64,000 bases of DNA from NCBI GenBank assembly GCA_965644295.1, contig CBFFRP010000433.1, positions 186,001 to 250,000 of the forward strand. The letters are read 5' to 3'. The first letter of the stretch is position 1. Each line of letters starts with the position of its first letter. The notes under the pieces are model-generated. The model made no database searches and was not told where the DNA came from. It saw only the letters and a list, made by a program, of their open reading frames with translations. Both the position numbers and the translations under genes were made by a program. Positions 39,974-52,127 of this stretch are shown piece after piece. Origin of the DNA: Paraphysomonas bandaiensis. Taxonomy: Eukaryota; Protista; Chrysophyceae.

Positions 39974-40589
39974 AGTTAGTACAGTGTATAGTAACAACGC
40001 ACAACAATAATCAGAACAATACCGCATATATACGACATACGACCCCGTCACCATCTTTATGAACAGTATTACTTACCCTGCTCGTGCGCTTTCGTGGTAT
40101 CTCTTCCTCCGCCTCCGGGTCGTCGTTGGATATGTCGCCACGAATGTTGACAACATTCTTCTTCCCGTTGCACTTCTCCTACACCATAATATGTACACAG
40201 TTAGTGCAGTGTATAGTAACAACGCACAACAATAATCAGAACAATACCGCATATATACGACATACGACCCCGTCACCATCTTTATGAACAGTATTACTTA
40301 CCCTGCTCGTGCACTTTCGTGGTATCTCTTCCTCCGCCTCCGGGTCGTCGTTGGATATGTCGCCACGAATGTTGACAACATTCTTCTTCCCGTTGCACTT
40401 CTCCTACACCATAATATGTACACAGTTAGTGCAGTGTATAGTAACAACGCACAACAATAATCAGAACAATACCGCATATATACGACATACGACCCCGTCA
40501 CCATCTTTATGAGCAGTATTGCTTACCCTGCTCGTGCACTTTCGTGGTATCTCTTCCTCCGCCTCCGGGTCGTCGTTGGATATGTCGCC
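39974..40589 (-). repeat. 225-bp tandem repeat resembling an exon (102 nt) plus intron (123 nt), ~2.7 copies
   Basis: Minus strand: tag|GAG AAG TGC..AGC AGG|gtaagt, with a CTAAC branch-point motif in the intron part. Confidence 0.85.
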
Positions 40590-41796
40590 ATGTCTGAGAG
40601 TGGTATCAGCTCTGGCAGCAATCTGATGTATGTGTACGTGTCTGTCTGTCTGTCTGTGTGCTCAGGAGGTGTGATCCACACAACAATGAACACCTCATCC
40701 GATAAACCACACCTCCTGAGCACTCCTCACTGTCATCAACAATGTCACCATATTAACATCAGAAGATACTAACTCAGAAGATACATGCATCACTCTATAT
40801 GTATGCATGTGTATGGTGTGTTAAGTTATGCATATATATATATTATTGTCATGATGTGCGTGTTGTAAGCACTGCTCGTGCAGTGTGGTTGCGGTGTAGT
40901 ATGATGGGTTCAATGTTCAGGTGGGCTCAAAGCAGGGGGAATAGGAAGTGTTCTAACGTGCACAATCAAACGATGTTATAATGTTTCGTCTGCTTGTACT
41001 TGTTGGACCTCTCTACACGAGTCCACACTCCTCAATCCACTGTATGAGGCTCTGTGCTACAGCCTCGTGACCAAACACTGTCATGAAGACCTTCCTGGAA
41101 GGCAGTTATAAGCCTGCAACTCTGAACCACATAGTAAGAAGTGTCATCTGAGAGTGGTGTGACCTCTGCAGCATTCGGAGGTGTGTGTATGTATGTGTGT
41201 GTCTGTCTGTGTGCTCAGGAGGTGTGATCCACACAACAATGAACACCTCATCCGATAAACCACACCTCCTGAGCACTCCTCACTGTCATCAACAATGTCA
41301 CCATCTAAGCACCAGAAGATACTGACTCAGAAGATCCATCCCTCTATATGTATGTATGTGTGTGTGTGTGTGTTAAGTTATGCATATGTATTATGGTCAA
41401 GATGTGCGTGTTGTAGTCACTGCTCGTGCAGTGTGGTTGCGGCGTAGTGTATGCACACCGCGTCCTCACCACACACTCATGACGCGTGTTCGACGCTCTT
41501 GTGGGGCGTTTTTGGTCAAATTCAAATTTTTTTTGTACGTGTTTTTCTATATGTTATGCTGCGCCGTGCTCGATCTGGGCGCACATGCATGTCTAGATGT
41601 GTCCGGTGCGAGGAACATATTTTGAAATGCATGCACTTCATCTCCATGTGCAGTTAGTTTCTATCACATCAACACCATATCAATAGTAGCATGTGATGTG
41701 ATGTGATGTGATGTCATCTGGGACACACAAAAAGGTACGACGACACGAACCTGTCTGCCATGAATGTCTGTTATGCTTGATTACATGTACGTACGT

Positions 41797-42783
41797 ATAT
41801 ATAATGGTTGCGGAAGGAAACCTGTGACTTCAACTCGCCTCAATAGCGGTGGCGACTGCTATTGGGACAGTGTCGTCATGAAAAGATGTGACCTTCCCAA
41901 CCTTCATATGTTATACTTGTTTGTTCGGTCACCTGTGATATCCACTCGTGTCAGTAGCGGTGGCGACTGCTATTGGCGCAGGGTTGTCATGAAAAGATGT
42001 CGACAGAACTTACTTGTATGTTATACTGTATATATAATGGTTGCGGAAGGAAACCTGTGACTTCAACTCGCCTCAATAGCGGTGGCGACTGCTATTGGGA
42101 CAGTGTCGTCATGAAAAGATGTGACCTTCCCAACCTTCATATGTTATACTTGTTTGTTCGGTCACCTGTGATATCCACTCGTGTCAGTAGCGGTGGCGAC
42201 TGCTATTGGCGCAGGGTTGTCATGAAAAGATGTCGACAGAACTTACTTGTATGTTATACTGTATATATAATGGTTGCGGAAGGAAACCTGTGACTTCAAC
42301 TCGCCTCAATAGCGGTGGCGACTGCTATTGGGACAGTGTCGTCATGAAAAGATGTGACCTTCCCAACCTTCATATGTTATACTTGTTTGTTCGGTCACCT
42401 GTGATATCCACTCGTGTCAGTAGCGGTGGCGACTGCTATTGGCGCAGGGTTGTCATGAAAAGATGTCGACAGAACTTACTTGTATGTTATACTGTATATA
42501 TAATGGTTGCGGAAGGAAACCTGTGACTTCAACTCGCCTCAATAGCGGTGGCGACTGCTATTGGGACAGTGTCGTCATGAAAAGATGTGACCTTCCCAAC
42601 CTTCATATGTTATACTTGTTTGTTCGGTCACCTGTGATATCCACTCGTGTCAGTAGCGGTGGCGACTGCTATTGGCGCAGGGTTGTCATGAAAAGATGTC
42701 GACAGAACTTACTTGTATGTTATACTGTATATATAATGGTTGCGGAAGGAAACCTGTGACTTCAACTCGCCTCAATAGCGGTG
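41797..42783. repeat. 233-bp tandem repeat, ~4.2 identical copies, each a dimer of two related subunits
   Basis: Period shown by identical ORFs at 41973, 42206 and 42439. Core tagcggtggcgactgctattgg..gtcatgaaaagatgt occurs twice per unit. Confidence 0.95.
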
Positions 42784-44500
42784 GTATATAGTGATATGGT
42801 ATAGTGGTATATTGTGAGATGGTATAGTGGTATATTGTGATATGGTATAGTGGTATATTGTGAGATGGTATAGTGGTATATTGTGAGATGGTATAGTGGT
42901 ATATAGTGATATGGTATAGTGTTATATAGTGAGATGGTATAGTGGTATATAGTGGGATGGTATCTGCGTGTATTGTGAGATGGTACAATGGTTGTATAGT
43001 GAGATGGTATAGTGGTATATAGTGAGATAGTATAGTGGTATATAGTGAGATGGTATAGTGATGTATAGTGAGATGGTATAGTGGTATAATATAGTGATGT
43101 ATAGTGAGGTAGTATATGGGTGTATAGTGAAATATAAAAGAATATCTGATTATTACATGAGAACGGTTGCGTACAGAAACTAGTTTTACATCTATAGAAT
43201 AACTAATAACTCGACTTACTATATACTACTATTAGCGGGCTACCGTCTCGGGACTGCTTGTGCATCGCTGCGAGCACCATGGTTCAACCGTCCCTTGCAG
43301 TGAGGTTAATCGGGGGGTCTGCCTTTGGGCAGTGTGTCTGCCGGGCCTGTATCGTGAGTTTTACGGGGGATGGTTGGGGCTAGATGTATATGAGAGTGTA
43401 AGTCGGTGGTGTAGATGGTGCTCGTTGTCGAGGTGGGATTTCGACCACAAGTAAGGAGGAGTTGTTTCCGGAGTGGTGGTGCTTGTCTCTGTCGGGTTCG
43501 GACTCTTGCAGCGGATAGAATTCTTGGGGTGGATGTCGCTAGGAGTAGTTGGAGTATTTTTGGTGTCGGGTGAGTATCCTGCGACGGGCGTTGCTGTGAG
43601 TGTGGTGGGGTCGTAATCGGTGTTACTGATGCCGTGTCTGTGTTGTGATGTCTGAGACCTCTGTTTCGAAGCATGCGGAGCCCTCCACCATATAGGGGAA
43701 GGAGGATAGAGGTTACGGATTTTTCGAGAACGTGGAACTGATGTTCGAGCAGTGAGCTGGATATGTGGCGTCCGAATGCGTCGGTCAATTGTGTGGCAGT
43801 AATGTGGCCGGTCCAGTAGCGCTCAGCCTGGGGTGTGTGTGGATTCCATGCGGCTTTTGCTAGTTTGATTATGGCGGTGTGGAACCAGGGATGGGGGAGC
43901 GTGCGTGTGCGAAGTTTGTCGAACTTGTGGTGTGCTTGGTGAACATCTTCACGTATGTGAGTGAGGTCGGGGTGTGTGCAGGTGAGAAGCATGTGTGCCA
44001 TGTTGTCGATTGGGAGTGCACAGTCTGCGCATGCTGAGGCCGTTGTTATGTGATCAGGCCCGGTTTTCCCTTTGGCTTGATTTCTGCCCATCGCGTATGA
44101 TTTGTCCCATACGTAGGTGTATAGTGAAATGGTATATGGGTGTATAGTGAGATAGTGTAGTGATGTATAGTTAGGTGGTATAGTGGTATACAGTAGATGG
44201 TATAGTGGTATAATATAGTGGGATGGTATAGTGATGCATAGTAATATGGTATGGGTGTATAGTGAGATGGTATATGGGTGTATAGTGAGATGGTATATGG
44301 GTGTATAGTGAGATAGTGTAGTGATGTATAGTTAGGTGGTATAGTGGCATACAGTAGATGGTATAGTGGTATAATATAGTGGGATGGTATAGTGATGCAT
44401 AGTAATATGGTATGGGTGTATAGTGAGATGGTATATGGGTGTATAGTGAGATGGTATGTGGGTGTATTCTGAGATGGTGTAGTGGTGTTTAGTGAGATGG
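42784..44500. repeat. G/T-rich minisatellite (about gtatagtgagatggtatagtg), interrupted by a LINE fragment
   Basis: Degenerate units at 42784-43133 and 44116-44500. Confidence 0.9.
43134..44115 (-). mobile_element. 5'-truncated non-LTR retrotransposon (LINE) 3' end
   Basis: GC-rich insert, open from its 5' edge, with a C-terminal zinc knuckle CADC..DNMAHMLLTC and terminal GRPPD*. Flanked by a 15-bp duplication ggtgtatagtgaaat (43119-43133 and 44116-44130). Confidence 0.8.
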
Positions 44501-44737
44501 TTATAGTTCATACTTGTGAACTGTATGTAATATATATGTGTAGTCGGTGACTTTTATTGCTGTAAAACTGAAGTAATATGGAAGAAATTAGTAAAAAATA
44601 TTATAAATAATACTCTTCACACTGTTATTAACTTCATAGTTACTTATTGTGCATAGTTATACCCTTTTCCGACCATCACCAAAAATTTCACCAGGTTTTA
44701 CATCAAAACCCAGGTTTTGGTATTACCTCGACTTTTA

Positions 44738-44979
44738 GTTAAGAGTAGTGGGTTTGATTATCAAGTGACCTTAGACCTTATAAAATATGGCAAGTACTAA
44801 AAATGAAAACTACGGATGTGTTTACTTACTGATTAGTCATACTAATATATTGCAATATATGGTACAATATATTGCAATATATTGCAATAGTATTGTAGGG
44901 CCGGTTTAAAAAATCCATCAATACTATTGATGGAACGCTACCTAACAATAGTATTGCAATATATTGTTCCCTATCCCTG
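44738..44979 (+). mobile_element. hAT family-1 right end, continuing the element interrupted at 39569
   Basis: Subterminal caatatattg palindromes and TIR caatatattgttccctatccctg; nearly identical to the reverse complement of 49368-49610. Confidence 0.92.
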
Positions 44980-45327
44980 GTATCGATCATCAAGAATGCA
45001 TATTTTAGGGGCCTACCACTAAGCATTCAGTTGTGCCCAACCATGAAATCTGACTATGGATGCTAAAGTAATTATAGTTAATTGAACGTGAGTATAAAAC
45101 GTGATCTATATTGCTTTGATAATTAAATTGATTACCACTAAACACTATCCCCGGTGCGTATGGGCGCAAAAAGCAACTATATGAGGGTACCAACGCATGT
45201 CAGGTCTTCAAAACAGCAGTAAATTTTTTAACTATATTTTACTCCGTTTCACTCTCAGTCATCAAAAGTATTCGATAAATTGGTAACTAATGCATAAATT
45301 ATGCTACAACACAGTTGTCAATGGTTA

Positions 45328-46475
45328 CTACACATAGTCAACAGGTGTCAGGGATGCTGAAGTCGGGGTGGTCACAGTTCGTTGAAAAGTGTACATATAG
45401 CACAAGGCCATAGCAGTCAACAAGTGCCAAAACGAATGACCCTGCAAAGGACTTGTAGAGCTCGAAAACATACGCAACACATCAAGTATGCGACAGAGAA
45501 ATCCAACTAAAACGCATGCGAACGACAGACCCATGAATCTCCATTCTGCTTGCCTATGCGGGTAGTACGCCCGATCTACAAGAGCTAGCGCATACCCAAG
45601 TATAATTAGTACAGGCAAGATAATAGAGGAAGCAGGAAAGCCTAGAAGTGCATCAAGCTCCCATTTGTAGACAAAAAAAAGTATGGCGCATAATATTACA
45701 ACAACGAAGTGAAGTGGCCAGCATGGTGTGCTTGATGAAGACTGGCCACCTCCAGTTGCTTCACGATGGTTCATATACGGGTACCAGCGGCATATCATTA
45801 AAGATATGAGAGCCATAAGTGGAGAATACATTGAAGCCTGTTGTATATTGCGTTAGGTATTCATGGAGAACTATTTAGAAGTGCACTTTATATGAATTTC
45901 AAGATACATAACTTACATCACGACATGCTGCAACATTGGTATATAGTGTAAAAAACAATAAACACCATTGCAGAATGAAACCTTACCACGTCGAGCTGTC
46001 GGCCTACAACTGTTAGTGATGCATGGAACAAGCCGCTGCCGATACCTAAATGAATGCATCCCATTCCAAACAACAAGCTGAACTGAGGGTTGGATAATAA
46101 GTAATTACTGGTTCCAGTCAAATAATATTTCTTTGAATAACTAGATAGAGCAATATAATCTTGATAAGCGGTAGCAATTGCATGGTAACCAACAACGATG
46201 TAGCAAATATTTGACCAAGAGTTCACTTCAGTACGAAATACATTGTTATAATGTCGTAATTCCGAATAAACAGGTTGCTCAGCTGTCAATTCAATATCAC
46301 CTTTCCAGTCCTTCCATATATTTTCCCCATCATATCGATACTCAGCATATCGTAAACAGAGAGCAGTTACAACTGTAGCAGCAATTGTAAACACAAGAGA
46401 TTTCTTTGTAGCCTCATCTGCATAGAAATAAAATTGAGGAGTAGAAATATTTGGTAAAGCAGGTTTTGATTTCAT
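45328..46475 (-). CDS. Alkaline ceramidase-like CREST-superfamily membrane hydrolase, 2 exons
   Basis: TEVNSWSNICY, GIGSGLFHAS, RQLD, GHSFWHLLTA; multiple TM helices. Confidence 0.8.
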
Positions 46476-47025
46476 ATTGATTATCAACAAGGATGATCAC
46501 ATATGAGGAGTGGTCATTAATGTATTGCACACTTGAGCACTGCGATACTTGCCTGCTGTATACTGCAGTCTAGATATCTGCAGGCAGTAGATATCTAGAG
46601 ATAGTGTGCAGAAAGTTGGGGGTTTATTTGTCACATCGTCAGTTTGCTATATGAAAACTTTATGATATCTAGTTTTTTGAGCCACAAAACCGGAAGTATT
46701 GAGTCACACTGTATTGAAAATCCCAAAAAATTGATTTGGTAGAACTGTTGTACATGCATTATGTATCCTCTGGTCTGTGGTGTGCATCATATGAGCTCTA
46801 CATACTCCATGATACTGCTGCATATGAAGTCGAAGTGTGGCTGTATGTGAAGTCGAAGTGTATCTATTGCTACTGTGTTATAGTATAGCTATATATATAT
46901 ATATATATACGTATATCTCAGCATGTAGTGACCATCTCTCTCATTATCTCAGTGATACTATGAACCATACAGTGATATATATATAGACCTCATCCTCACT
47001 ATTCCTTCAATTCAATTGATTGAAC

Positions 47026-48967
47026 ATGTTATCAGAAGAGAATCCATCTATGAGAGAGATTATTCATACACAACAGGCTCGTATTACATCACTAGAGATA
47101 CATGAAGAAGAGTATCAAGATAAGCTTATAAAACAACAAGATCTCATTATAATCATGCGAAAAGATATGAAAATACTTGAAGATCAACTTGATAATTGTC
47201 AGAAAGAGAATGAAATCTTAAAACGGAAACTGAATGAGTCTATGGAAGGGATAGAAGATAAGCTTGTTACCATACACAAGACAATGAGCACCATCAGATG
47301 TAATATGGAGCATATGGAGACTGAGGCTCAACAATTAATAGTTTTGGTTGATACTAATCATAACATATCTGAAGAATTACATACAATCGAAGAGATGGGA
47401 CAAATGGATAAATACTTTAATGATTCAGTAAGCGACGGGGTCCTCGTCAAGGAGACGTCTAATAATTCATCAGATCCAGATACTATACTTACTCAGGTAC
47501 TGCATTATTAGACTGACACTTTGCAAAAATGACGACCAGATGCATGCAGACTGGACTTGAAGGTTCCAGTGGCCGTAATATGCGGAATGTTATGCAGTTG
47601 ATAAGCGAACTCTGGTTGGTCTGTTCTCGAGTGGCTTCTGTATCAGGGAAATTATGTAAAACTCAAAACCATCTGTCCAGGCATCTGGAGACGGCACTGC
47701 GTCGTTTCGAACACGACAGAGCTGTGGCTCAGGAGCGTATTAATGAAGTTAATGACCATATGAAGAACCTTCGCCTAGAGCTGAGTGATAATGAGAAAAG
47801 TCGACACATAGTCGTGAAGTATGATGCTCTCTTGTCAGATTCTGTTAAGACCAGGTGTGCGTGGTTATATTAGCATATAGAATGATTAATATGTTCTACT
47901 CTAATTGACTTTGGATTTACAGGAGAGAGGTGGAAGACTTACGCCTAAATTTGTCAACAAGCCTACTAAAGAGCGAGCACTTATCCTACAAATATGATGA
48001 GGCCTTGCAACAGCTCGGAAGAGAGGCACAAAGTGCAGCTTTCGCTAATGCTAAAGTGGAGAGACTTCAGGGTGAACTTGATTGTATAGTAGAGATTGTG
48101 CGCAAGGATATGGTTGACAGGATAATTTCGAAAAATTCCACTGAAGACCTCGTAACTGTATCATCCCAGTTGGTTTCCCAAGGGGGAGGGGTTACTGCCT
48201 GGGAGCGAAACGAAAATATGGATGTGTTCATGGAGTATGACTGGGCGCAATTGATAAATGCTGTTGGACCACATATGACCGATAAGGCTGTGATGGAGAC
48301 GAAAGCCACTATAAAAAGCATAAAACATTCGTTCGATATACTCTCATCACGACTTTTTCTTGAGTGTCGAGCGAGATCTGAAGCCGACAAGCGTTTGAGA
48401 GGTAGCAAGGATGACCTACAAAGCATCAAAGAGCAAGTTTTACAGGAAGTTGGAAATCGCGCTAAACTAGTTGCCGAACTCCAGCATGCCAAGCAGGTAG
48501 CTGAAAACGAATCCAAAATTGCTCAAGATGCCATTAAACAAGCACAGTACTTTCAGCGTAAACTTCTTACAGAAAGTGGTCATCCGGACGAACGTGACCT
48601 TATGAATTATGGAATTAATATACACCCTATTAACCTCTGGAAGGATTTTGGATCTGAGGAAGAGTTTCAGAATGATGTCGATGGTTTGGTTTTGACTCCT
48701 GAAGCCAAAACCATTCATCGGACGAAACCCTTTTCACACGTATCGCACCAGTCATTATTCTCAAGACACAAGGATGGCATATTGGATACGAGCTTTAGGA
48801 GCGGTGACGAGCTTCGAACAGCGTCAGAGTCAGGGTTACTTGGACGAAAGTTGCCTACAGCGAAGAAGCGGAAAAAATTCGTTTTCTCTGGAAAGGGAAT
48901 GTTTAAAGGTGGAGCGAAGAAGAGTGGGGCAAAAGCGAATTCAGCTGTAGCACCATTCGGGGAGTAA
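47026..48967 (+). CDS. Coiled-coil hypothetical protein, 3 exons
   Basis: Three adjacent heptad-rich ORFs separated by short GT-AG introns. Confidence 0.7.
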
Positions 48968-49367
48968 GAAACGCAGAAAAGCCTCAAGCCATGAAATCTG
49001 CTGTAATAGTAAGAATAAGTGGCATATCGCTTGACTTACTAGGAACAAAATATGTATATCCCTTATATAATATTCTTACAATCGTTGGTGTTTATTGTAT
49101 ATTTATTGTTGTGTAAATGTAAGTTTTCAGTCCTCTTTCTTGCTCCGTTATTTTTTCTGAATGGAGATATGCATAAATATTAACAGAATGACGAATTTAC
49201 TTCCAGTGCTTTACCTTTAGTTGACCGAAATGACAATATGAACCAGGGCCTGGTAACCGTTAATGGTAATGCCATTATAATTGTCGGTAACCGGACTACC
49301 ATTAATGGGCCATTAATGGCATCCCATTAATGACCCGTACTGCTATATATAGATATATAGAACTGAG

Positions 49368-49923
49368 CAGGGATAGGGAACAATATATTGCAATACTATT
49401 GTTAGGTAGCGTTCCATCAATAGTATTGATGGATTTTTTAAACCGGCCCTACAATACTATTGCAATATATTGCAATATATTGTACAATATATTGCAATAT
49501 ATTAGTATGACTAATCAGTAAGTAAACACATCCGTAGTTTTCATTTTTAGTACTTGCCATATTTTATAAGGTCTAAGGTCACTTGATAATCAAACCCACT
49601 ACTCTTAACTAATTAAAAGGTGTAGAGTGCTGTTTGAGCTGGCGATACATAAAAAATAGAAAATAACATCAAAAATAGGCTTTTTTTCTTATTTTCCGGA
49701 TATTTGTATACAGAGGCGTATATTTTGCACCATACAGTTGAGGATCTTCTCTTATATGACTATCATAATATTGATTGCAATATATTGCAATAGTATTGTG
49801 AGCTCTATTAACAGAAACACTATTGATGGAATATTTGACCAGTCCACCAATCAATATATTTTACAATATATTGCAATATATTGTACAATATATTGCAATA
49901 CAATATATTGTTCCCTATCCCTG
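49368..49923 (-). mobile_element. 556-bp hAT family-1 MITE nested in the family-2 element
   Basis: TIR cagggatagggaacaatatattg; perfect 8-bp TSD gaactgag (49360-49367 and 49924-49931). Made of the right end joined directly to the left end. Confidence 0.95.
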
Positions 49924-50210
49924 GAACTGAGTGTTTTTAAGTTAATACAGAACACTCAGAGATGTGGAACCAATTTGTACCAGTTATTTTATATACTGCT
50001 ACAAGAATTTCCAGAGCTGCATCTATTGACTATTGTGTGACCACGTGGCATCTCGCGTGCCTTACTTACGTGGCTATAGTGTTCTCCTAAGGGGCTACAA
50101 GACACTAGATAGACTAACTACCAAGAAAACACTCAGAGATAACAACAATTATTAGTTACCACAAAAGGAGAAATGACTACTCACTTAAGGCGTAGCTTAC
50201 TCTTGCGGTG

Positions 50211-50698
50211 CTACCACTCACCATAGTCAGCAATCAGCTCCTCACCTTCGGATATAGGTCTCAGAGTCTTCACCCAGACCACATCCAACCCAGACTCATC
50301 AACGCAAAACTCACAGTTGTAATCCATACTGGCAGCGAGGTCAGCATCATACAGAGTGTTTACGTACCGGCCATGATTAGGTGGGGCATGAAGCAAATTG
50401 CGAGCAGGCACTGGAGGTAGAAGTCCAATACGGTGGAACAAACCTCGGATGCACATTCTGCGGAAGAACCGTAGAGATAAGGAACTACTTTGCAGAGCTT
50501 ACCAGACTTGTCTAAGACACCTTGAGGACATCGTGCAGCAATATCATGTGCACGGCGCTCTGCAGCATATTCTCGGATAGCTTTTCTCCGAGACTCCTCA
50601 TACCTTTGCAGGGAGGCTTTACCACGTCTTTTCTTGGATCTCTTCGCCTTAGACATACATTCTGAGCTTAAGGACGTGCAGGTGGTATGTTGCTGCAA
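50211..50698 (-). pseudogene. SET-domain gene fragment inside the hAT family-2 element
   Basis: GRYVNT..NCEF..VWVKTLRPISEGEELIADYGEW resembles the SET C-terminal RxxNH / I..GEEL..DY motifs. The upstream part is in another frame. Confidence 0.65.
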
Positions 50699-51323
50699 GA
50701 TTGTTGTTATGTTATGAAAGTGTACGTTAGTTAGTATTTTTCAAGTACAAGTGTAGTTATGAGGAATGCAACATGATATACATTATACAGTGTTGTACAA
50801 CCGTATTTGATAGAGTCGTTGACATGACTGTATATTGTTATACTGCTTGTATGACACAGCCTGCGTTGTGGTTGTGTGTTGCAACACAGTGTGACATGGA
50901 TGACGTTGTGTGTGTGCAGCTCTACGGTTGTCTTCATACTTTATGTTTCTGTTGTGACTCAGTTTTGTTTATGTTAACCATACTTGGGTACTAGCGACCT
51001 GACATCACTAGCGGTGGTGTTTGCGTGCTGATTCTTCGCGGGAGTCAGTCACTCGAGTATAGTTGATTGAAACATAAGTTTACCTGTAATAATATCACTT
51101 CTTTGGTCTCATTGTCTTGATTCCTATACAGTGATAGTAGTTAGCGTTATCACGAGCCATAGTCTTGGTTATCAAACCAAACTGTGAGGTGACAGTTGAG
51201 TTGTCAAACGAGGCTGCGTCATAATTGACCATTTGAGACAATGAAGATCGTGTAAGAGAAGTTAAAGTTGATCAAAACTAGATAGAATATGTTATTATAA
51301 TTGTATACCCAATTGTATTGCCA

Positions 51324-52127
51324 AGTAAAACTCATCAACAACATGATAATATAATTATTTGTTCATATTTTTCACATATCCACTTCCGTGTATCTTGTAC
51401 AGTTGTGGTACAATACTTCAGTTTCACAGTTATAGCAATATATAGTATGTTTGACTATGTATTACAGTTTCTCACATTGTATTCACCGTATTCTATAGTA
51501 GAACTATCTTAGAGAGACATAGATATTCCAACGCTAACGTGCGTATTCCAACAGCATCCATACCTTTCCCTGAATGTAAGCATTGTTGTCAGTAAAACTC
51601 ATCAACAACATGATAATATAATTATTTGTTCATATTTTTCACATATCCACTTCCGTGTATCTTGTACAGTTGTGGTACAATACTTCAGTTTCACAGTTAT
51701 AGCAATATATAGTATGTTTGACTATGTATTACAGTTTCTCACATTGTATTCACCGTATTCTATAGTAGAACTATCTTAGAGAGACATAGATATTCCAACG
51801 CTAACGTGCGTATTCCAACAGCATCCATACCTTTCCCTGAATGTAAGCATTGTTGTCAGTAAAACTCATCAACAACATGATAATATAATTATTTGTTCAT
51901 ATTTTTCACATATCCACTTCCGTGTATCTTGTACAGTTGTGGTACAATACTTCAGTTTCACAGTTATAGCAATATATAGTATGTTTGACTATGTATTACA
52001 GTTTCTCACATTGTATTCACCGTATTCTATAGTAGAACTATCTTAGAGAGACATAGATATTCCAACGCTAACGTGCGTATTCCAACAGCATCCATACCTT
52101 TCCCTGAATGTAAGCATTGTTGTCAGT
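51324..52127. repeat. 267-bp perfect tandem repeat, 3 copies
   Basis: agtaaaactcatcaacaacatgataatata at 51324, 51591 and 51858. Confidence 0.95.

Larger units (their letters stand above)
39570..44734 (+). mobile_element. 5165-bp non-autonomous TIR element with TTA TSD (PIF/Harbinger-like)
   Basis: Perfect 25-bp TIR aagtcgaggtaataccaaaacctgg; TTA at 39567-39569 and 44735-44737. The empty site ttttaaTTAgttaagagtag is seen in the MITE copy near 49600-49618 (minus strand). Confidence 0.88.

Noticed and set aside
41797-42783. CRISPR-like array (hairpin repeat plus spacers)
   Set aside because: Only two spacers alternate and are identical between units, there are no cas genes, and the context is a eukaryotic transposon.
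37191-44987. TSD for the whole large hAT or for the foldback
   Set aside because: The flanks gaagacag, atatatac and gtatcgat do not match, so neither is an intact transposition unit.
15329-50040. Recurrent ORFs such as RDREQYIAILLL and MRIFSYMTIIILIA
   Set aside because: Translations of non-coding hAT termini.
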